Part shown: positions 26,020 through 34,291 of the stretch, in pieces | How positions within the stretch are numbered: position 1 is the first letter of the stretch | Layout of the letters: each line of letters opens with the position of its first letter | DNA from: Macrostomum lignano | Lineage: Eukaryota | Direction of reading: 5' to 3' | Length of the DNA stretch: 34,291 nt | Assembly: GCA_002269645.1 (NCBI GenBank) | Contig: NIVC01004145.1 | Coordinates: 1-34,291, forward strand | Notes under the pieces: generated by a model | The model's database searches: none | What the model saw: the letters and a program-made list of their open reading frames with translations, nothing else | Told to the model about the DNA's origin: nothing | Translations under genes and position numbers: made by a program

Positions 26020-28924
26020 AGGGCGCGGATTCTGATTGCTCATAAAGAAGTGCGCATAAAAACGTCTAATTTAATGGTTGGCTAACCTGATTAGAGTGGT
26101 TATTTTTGCTAAGATAAAGCTCAGCGATAGACGCGTCCGACTCTCGCGCCGCGACCCCTGGTTCAAAATTCAGCTCCCAAGGCAGAGTGTACATGCCTGA
26201 CGATTAGAAAGTCATGGCCGCTGTACACCCTGTGTGAGCGTGTGTGTGAGTGCTGTGACTGCGTACAGTATTAGCGGCCTTGTATTGTGCTCAGGAGTCA
26301 GTGGAATGGGCAGAATTGCCGTCAGCGCTGGCTGTGGGACGATGTCTTTGAAGGCATTACGCCAGGGTGCCAGTAACCGTCCTGCAGATATTACTATTAT
26401 TATTAATATATGAAAATATAATAGATGGAAAATTTGCTCTGGGCAAGTCACGTGCTTTCATTTGTTGGCCCCAAGATCATATATATATACACATGATGGG
26501 CCACTCGTTAACCATTTATGTGGCCATAAAAGCTTATAAGAAAAAATTTGCAACTCGCGACAGCGCGAAAACCATAACTACTGAACTCAATGTCGTCAGT
26601 AGTCTGTGCAGTGCATGCATCATTCTTAGTTTGATTGAGTAGCTATTTTTTTAATTCATGAAAATTTCGATCACATTCTCAAAAAATAGCGTCTATGTCC
26701 TTAAGCTACTGAACTCAAAATTTAAGCATCCCATGTCGGCTTTTTCGCACAAGTGACGAGAAACAGCGATCTATGGTTGGCGTCCCTCAGAAAAAAAGTC
26801 GTTTATTTCCAGTGAGACATCCAGTGGAGTTTGGCCATAGACAAGTGACAAATATTAAGGAAATTCACATTGCTGTTGTCAATTTTTTCCTCACAGCTTG
26901 TTGACTTGACTAACTCAGTGCTGAAAGTTAAGCAGAATTGCGCATGGTTAGACCACAGATATCGATACTAGAATTACTAGATGGGCTACTCAGCACATTT
27001 GCGTGTAAGCTACTTTCAGTTCAGTAGCAAGTTAAACGGAAGCATTTTAATGTATTTTAAAGCCAAGGCTCATTTATTGGCCCTGACCCCCAGCTTAAAC
27101 CCTCCAACCGCGCCTTTCCACACTGCCCCCGCCCCGCCCCAATTTTTATTGCCTTTCTCGGAATTCCAGCCTAAAGCCGCCATGTACATTCCAGTGGACT
27201 GGCCAATGTACATTATTGCTGAGCTGAACCAATTAGCAAGTTGTTTACGCCTGCAAGCTTGGGCTTCTAAACTTATCAAAGTCGTTTAAGCTGCCTTTAT
27301 TTTTATAAAATAGCTTATGTATTCTTCTTTGCTACTGACATGAAGTAGAAAGCTGTTTTACTAAGTATATGCCTGAGTGGCCCATTTAGTCATTTTAGTA
27401 TCTGTGGGTTAGACGAAGTTTTGCAAGAAAGTCATTTAAAAACACTCTTAACTTCTGTAAAGTCCCCTTGCTATCAAAGTCTTCAATAAGAGCCTCGTTC
27501 TCCCTAATACCTTCATTTGCTCATTAATTAATAATCAACCATTTAATTGCTATTCCAACCCGGTTTATACAGTTTGCATCGAACTATTCGCAAACTGTCA
27601 ATTTACTTGTAATAATTAGAATTTCGTTTGCGCCTCATTGCGACTCAGTATTGCATTGCTCATAATATTCTCATAACAGTCAATGAGACTCCACTTATAT
27701 CATGCAAGCTAATAAGTGCTGAAAATGATATTGTAATTAATCATTTCTACTGCCTTAGAACAATACACGATGTTTTCAGTAGTTAATTTGAATTCCTATC
27801 AAATGATTCACTTTTGTCTTGTATAGTAATAATTGTTACTAATGTTATGTCTTAATTAATAATGCGATCTAACGGTGCAGCACTTGTAATATGGACTAAA
27901 CTCTGTTTCCCTTGAAGCATATATAATATTACTGTTTAATTGAAAAGTGCCGACTGCTTGCTAAATGATGATTCTGCTGTAAAATCGGATTAAAGTCTGT
28001 CGCCTTACTCATTCTGTAATTCAACTTTCATCCTTAAAATATAGATTTGCTTTGTAAAAATATTGATTTGAACTTTTCGTTTCCTTTCAGCTAATCTTAT
28101 CGAACGTTTTGGCCGGCCAGCTAAGTTGCGGAAAGCAATTTTAACTTTGTTTTCGCGACTGATTTCGATAATATAGTGTTGTGTTAAGATTTTCTTTTTG
28201 ACTGTTTTGCGTTAATATACTCTTTGTTTTACTGCTTCTGCTTGGCAATAAATCGTTTTTGTACTTTTAACAAAAAAATTGTAACTTTTTTAATTTGTTT
28301 AATCTCTTCGATTCGGCTACATGTGTGTATCACGATGGCTGTGATGACGTCAAGTTTGTGTCGGCATTAAAAATACCATACAAAATGTAAATTATACATG
28401 TACATGTGTTTGGACGAAAGAAAAGAGTGTGGTTCATCCAAGTGTGGGATCTCACACGATTCGATAAGCGGATGGGGCAGACAAGGCACCTGGGTTCGTT
28501 TTGAACGGAGCCGGTTAGGGGGCACATCGAGCACATCGAGTCCAGTTGGTACCGTCTGTGGAGAGCTGGTCAGGTGGGAAAATTTATTAGCTATAGTGCT
28601 CTAAAGGTGCTACGTGACCAAGCCAATATGATTAGCGGGGGACAATATGGAGACGAGGATTACCTCGTTAAAACTTGCTACGCGAATGCTGATGTATGTA
28701 TGTGCTTCAAGGGCCGCATCGCGCGGACATCGCTGTGAATTGGATAAGCAAGTACCGGCCTGAAGGGACGGAATGGTGACAAAGGGATGATTGAAGCGTA
28801 GGTTGTTGTCCGACAAGATATTTTGGAAATTTTTCGAACCCAAAAACACTTACACCTGCCTGCTCTACGGACGGCTGCAAACCGATCTAAGATATCTATC
28901 TGATCCCACCGGCTTTATAGCTTT

Positions 28925-29016
28925 AACAAACAAACTAACTAACAAACAATCTAACTAACTAATTAACTAACTCACTCACTAACTAATTAACTAACTAACT
29001 AACTAACTGACTAACT
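28925..29016. repeat. Degenerate (AACT)n microsatellite
   Basis: Read directly. Confidence 0.88.
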
Positions 29017-32000
29017 CGTGTTGCTCAAACTATTGTAAGAGCAACTAGGTTTAGAGTTATAATGAAGTTTTTTCCTCAAAAATTTTACTTAACAATTTGA
29101 TCTTAAAGAGACCAAAAAAAGTGTTTTTGTTAACTTTGTTATACCCTGTTACAGTCACAACAATTTTAAAAAAGCGTGTCCCCAAGTTGCCGCGCGGTTA
29201 AAGTCAAAACTGAGGAGTCAGAAAATGTAGAAAAAAATTTGTTGTTTCAATTGGTAATTTTTTATACAATTTTTTATATTTCCATTAAGTGGTCTCAAAA
29301 AAACATTTTTAAAGCACAAAATACACCTCTTAATAAATTTCCTACCCATTTGTTAATCTTCACTTTTACGGAGCTGTACGGACGCAGAATCCTATATACT
29401 AAAAATGTCAGAAACTAAATATAGTATTCTAAAAAAATGTTTTATACAAACCCGTGAAAGTAGTTTTTATCTGAAAAAAATAGGTAAATATTGCAATAGA
29501 TATTTTTTAAATAAATATTAAGCTGGATTTTGTTAAACTGCTTACTTTGTTTACGTCGCGCCTGTTTGTGTTCTGAAATACTCTCGTTAATTTAGTTATC
29601 AGTTTCATGTTAATAAGTACTTTATTATTGATGTTTGGCCTGGTTCTTCTTACGGATGTGAAATATCAGCAAACTTTTTTGGATTGAATTAAATATGAGA
29701 TTTAGATATTGATTACTGACTTCTGTATTTCAAGCATTGCAAACGTCTAGCATCAATTTTCTGCTTATCTAATTTATGAACAATAATCGATCGAGGATTC
29801 TAGATATATGCTTTATTTTATAAGCCACGGCTTATGAATAGGCAAATGACTCATGAGACTGAGGTTTAAATAATTTTACTGAATAGAATGACAAATAAAG
29901 GTGTCTATGATCTATCAAGTTTTTTTATAAAATAGCTTTATCCACCCTCGCTCTTGTTTAACTATATTTTTGTTCTGGGGCATAATTTGTAGTCTAGTTC
30001 AGATTGCTATTTATATTTAACAGTCCGTGTCTTAGGCCTATTTGATTTTTTGCTAATGACGTAGTAATAAAAAATATAATGTAAATATAAAATTTTGTAC
30101 AGCTTTACAGCTTAGAATTACTTCGAAACTGATATATGTTTTTTTACAAAAGCCATTGGGCCTTAGCTAAGTGATAATCTACCTTATGATTACTGATAAT
30201 GATACTGTTTATTATAGCCATCACTATGCACTTTTAAGTATATATATAATTTAAATTGCTAAATAATTAACAAGTAGCAAGTAAAAATGGTAATAACTTT
30301 TTTAAACTTAAACTTTCTAGTTTCATATAATTTGCGATGTAAAAAGCTATATAAAATGTGACTTGCACTATTCTTTAAAATGTATAATTGCAATATGTTT
30401 TCATTTGCATTATTTGTTACATTTATTTCATTTAAAGCTCACATTATGAGCTTTAAGAACTAAGAACATGTTAAAAGTTAAAAATGCAAAACCTGATATA
30501 TTTGCTTTTTAAAAAATTAGAATATAGCATTATTTTATTATATATTTTATTGTTTACAAACTGGCTTTAAATGCCTAGCAGGAGTGTTTCCTTTTATACT
30601 ATTGTATATTTAATATACCAATAAATTCTTAACTTGCTTTAGTAGAAGTTTTTTTAGACTTAAATGTAAGTAAAATATGTTAAATGTTTTTCACTTTAAT
30701 TTCAGCCATGCCAGAACTTCTTTGGGAGATCTTCTCAGCTGCATTTTATGATATGCCTTTCATTCTGAGCTCTAAACCTGAGGCCTTACTTAAACAATGA
30801 AACTGGTGGACTTGCTGTATGTTACGTTTACATTTGGTTGAGTGAGTCTAGTGCTTTCTCCATGAACCAACCTGATCTGTCTGAGCAACCTGTTGCAATG
30901 TTGGCGACTCCTGCACCTAGCAGGCCACTTCTGCCCACAACTGGTTCAGGTGCTGCGCTGCTACTTTTGGATTCTGGCACCCAAGATTCTGGTGGCTATG
31001 TGGCCTACATTTTCTCTCAGACCACAAGACACACCTTTTTAGAACCTTATGTTTTATAGTGTGTTTTATTGTATGGGCCTAGTGGCTATACCAAAAATCT
31101 TGTTTTGCATTTAAGTTAATAAAACTTCTGCTTCAGGAATTTATTACTTGTGCCTAAAAATTCTAAAACCTATTTCTGTTGCCTGTTCATCTTTTTCACT
31201 AAATCAAGAGGCATTAAGAGCTTCATTTAGAGCTCTGTGAGATTCACATTTGTATTGAAACTGTTTGGATAGGAGCAAAACCATGCCCCCCCCACCCAGA
31301 TATCTTTTTTACCCTTCTTGAGGTAGCCATATTGATTTTCTGTTCTGGTCTGTGCAGACTGCTCTATACGTCCATGGCCATAGATTAAAATATTTGAGCT
31401 GATGCTGCTTTATTAATAAAACTTTTTATTATCAGATCAATGTGTTTGGGAAGTCGTGTTTTAAATCGTAGGCTCGTTTACTCGTATATTTGTTGAAATT
31501 AAGCAAGAGCTCATCAATCGTTTCGCGCTTGTTCCTGCAGTCTATCAATTGTGGGTCTGTAAGCCAAGCATATACCCATAAACTAATACGTGGCTGCTGG
31601 CAGCCACACATCACAGGTACATAGCTGGTTGAGCTTAAAAAGCACTTATTAATTATATAAGGAGTATGCTATAGTCAAAATAAAAGCATCCTAGCTTTCA
31701 AAGCTAGAACGTTACAACGCTACCACGCTGAAGAGGGCTCGTACTCTCATGCCAGAGCGAATGCAGAAAAGTCAATACAAAAGAGGCCAAATTGCAACGT
31801 CAAAGTGAAAATAAGGCAGCACATACTGCCAGTGTTCTCAAACTCTGCTCGAGCAGCTCAGACTGGCCCTGCTGAAACTGAAGTGCAGCATACTGCCAGA
31901 CTGTGCTCAAAATCTGCTTGTGTCGAACAAAGCTGAGTGACAGAGTCCAACTTGCAGCGATGCGCCAGACTGGATTCTGATCGACTACCCGCCGAACATA

Positions 32001-34291
32001 AGAGGTGGGGTTCTCTACAATGGTTGTCAATTATGTCGACACAAGTTGTTGCTGCGTGTAGCGATTTGTAGCGATTTTTATTTTCATTCCGTTTCCGAAC
32101 AGCTGAAAGGTACATCTGTGGAGATGAACATTTTATTATTAGAGAGATAATGAGTGAACGCTTTGTCTGTATTTTTTGCTGTCTTCTTTCTATTCCAATA
32201 GGATTCTAGCACCATGCAGATTTCAAGATATTAAATTATGAGTTCCAAGTTATTTAAGCATGATTACATAGTCTGTTACAATGCTATAACCTTCATGATG
32301 CCCCAAAATTATTGATCCTAGGTAAATCTGATGTCAGTTAAGCAGACCAATGAATTTAAAGTAAATTTAAAGTCAATCAGACCTGATTATTTGGTGTTAG
32401 TAAGTGAAATCTGATTAATCTGGTGATCTTAGACTAGAATTGCTAGTCATAAAAAATTTAAGTGATGGTCAATAAAAAGATGTTCAAAGTAATTTTTACA
32501 AAATTTACCTCAACTTATTCAGTATGAAATAAGCATAATAACTATCATTAAAAATAACTAAAGCCTAATTCATTACAAATTATACATTAAATGGCAATAA
32601 AATTATATTAGGTTGTCCCTGCTGCAAAGCCAAAAAAATGCTTCTTTATAGGGTTCTTTGCAGTGCCTTGATGAAATATCTAAGCTTTTCATTGTACATG
32701 CTCCACACAGTGGGCTTCCGGAGAAAAAAATCATGACAAAAACTAACATTTATGGCATTTAAGAGCCAACAAAGAGTACCATTTAGTAAAGAAAAAAAAT
32801 GCTTCAAGCTTGATAGGTGTGTAATAACATATTTCAATTCTAAAAGCTGGCAATTATTCATTTTGATGCAACAGACTACTGGAGAAAATCACTTTGTGCT
32901 CTCTAACTATTAAAAAGTATTTTTATATTGTTATAGAATGTTATACAATAAGTAATATATTAGGCTTTTTCAATAAAAAGCATCGATTTTATGCTAAATT
33001 ATTTTCTAAAATGTAAAAGTGAATAATCCAATTGGATACATCAATTTAGATTAGTTTTTAACATATTCTCATATGAGCATATAGGTGGGATGTCATAATC
33101 AATGTTTACTACCAAAACGAAGAATATTCGAACTACAGTAAGGTTTATCCAAATAAAGCATTACTCATGCATGCATTTAATGCAAATTAACTCAAAACTT
33201 TCACCATCTATATTAATTCCTACATTTTTAGCCCTTATTTGTAAATTATATAGAATTTTTTTCACACGTGTTCAACGTGGTTGAATTTCCGCCAAAAAAA
33301 TTATCGCTGAAAAGGACATATTTTGTCTTTCAGAGGAGCGAAAAAGACTAATTTTACTTAGATTATAGTAAAATTATTTATAATTCACAGTTTAATGCAA
33401 GATTTAACCGGCCATACTCATTAGAAAACAGATACAATTTGGTATTACAAAGTTTGAATGGTGTAAACTCGCGATGCCCTCGTTTTGACTTTGCCCCCGC
33501 GTCCGAGTCCATAATTAGGCCTAACCCGCCTAGTCGAGCGGTAGTGGTCAAGCATTGTAAGTTAGTTGCTATCGTATGTGAATCCTATTGATATTGAATC
33601 GGAATAGTTATACATTTTTGTAAAGCAGAATATTAGAAGTTCGAATTAGTCGATACAATTTCCAGACCAAGATTTGTGCCCTTGGGCCTTAGCTTAGGTC
33701 GAGATCAGAATATTATTAAGAATAAGTAATAATAAGTATTGTTAATTATCACAGTCATTCTTAATTCATTTCCTTAAGTCTCATTTCCTTAAGTCTTATT
33801 CAGTAAGTTAATTTGGGCTATTCCAAATCCCCATAGTCCAGATCATGCTGCGTGCACGCCAGAATGCTTAGAACCAATGCACGCCGACGCCAAGTTGGCC
33901 TATGCACACTGATACCGTCACGATCGCAGTTACAACCATAAGGCACCTTTTTGCAGTTACAACAATAAAGGACCTTTTCTTAAAAACTTTACTTACAAAC
34001 TCGAGTAAAACTTAACTATCTTAACATAGGCCTACCCTATATGCACATGTAACTTATAGGCCTAACAAACTAATTATCTCTTCCCTTACTGGCCTTACAC
34101 ATTTTCGTATTTAAAACCTCCTAAAAACCACTTCTCTATTTTATCCTCTAATTATAACAACACTCTATGCCAAATAACTTTGGTAAATGCTATATCTTCT
34201 AAAGACAGGCCAGATCCAAAAAATGAATATAAAATAATGCAAAACTTAGGAAGGAATATAGCATTAAAGCCATTATATAACAACAATTGAT

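Noticed and set aside
26212-27289. Short ORFs after the NR gene (possible minus-strand exon near 26370; Gly-rich ORF 27070-27279)
   Set aside because: No recognisable domain, no consistent exon chain, non-ATG starts.
28320-28920. CpG-containing ~600-bp segment ending at an (AACT)n tract, possibly a Helitron/SINE-like element
   Set aside because: No diagnostic termini, A/B boxes or ORF could be identified by eye.
29191-33501. ~20-bp inverted match (AAAGTCAAAAC-GAGG at 29191-29215 vs 33478-33501) as TIRs of a 4.3-kb element
   Set aside because: The match is short and gapped, does not extend, and has no TSD or transposase between.

Overview
AT-rich, repeat-dense eukaryotic (metazoan) genomic DNA with GC/CpG-rich exons. 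The style is compatible with a free-living flatworm such as Macrostomum, but that is inference only. The left half (about 0.2-14 kb) is a nest of transposons: an hAT-like MITE, a 197-bp tandem array, a 605-bp TIR element, a decayed mariner, an hAT remnant, a full-length D34D mariner killed by two CGA>TGA stops, and a decayed FLYWCH-MULE transposase with an acidic repeat and a C-terminal RING finger. The MULE is split by a young 5'-truncated RT/RNase H LINE with an 11-bp TSD. The middle (17.2-26.0 kb, + strand) holds two intact spliced genes: a 4-exon USP30-like deubiquitinase and a 3-exon NR1J/HR96-like nuclear receptor, both with introns packed with micro- and minisatellites. Two short Penelope-type hammerhead-ribozyme modules abut (TATC)n arrays. 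The right 8 kb has no confidently identifiable gene. The most unusual signal is in the old elements: CpG is nearly absent and inactivating changes repeatedly fall on CAG>TAG / CTG>CTA, suggesting a symmetric CWG-context (non-CpG methylation or RIP-like) mutational process acting on repeats. All motif calls and inferred ancestral residues come from reading the sequence by eye; no database search was run.
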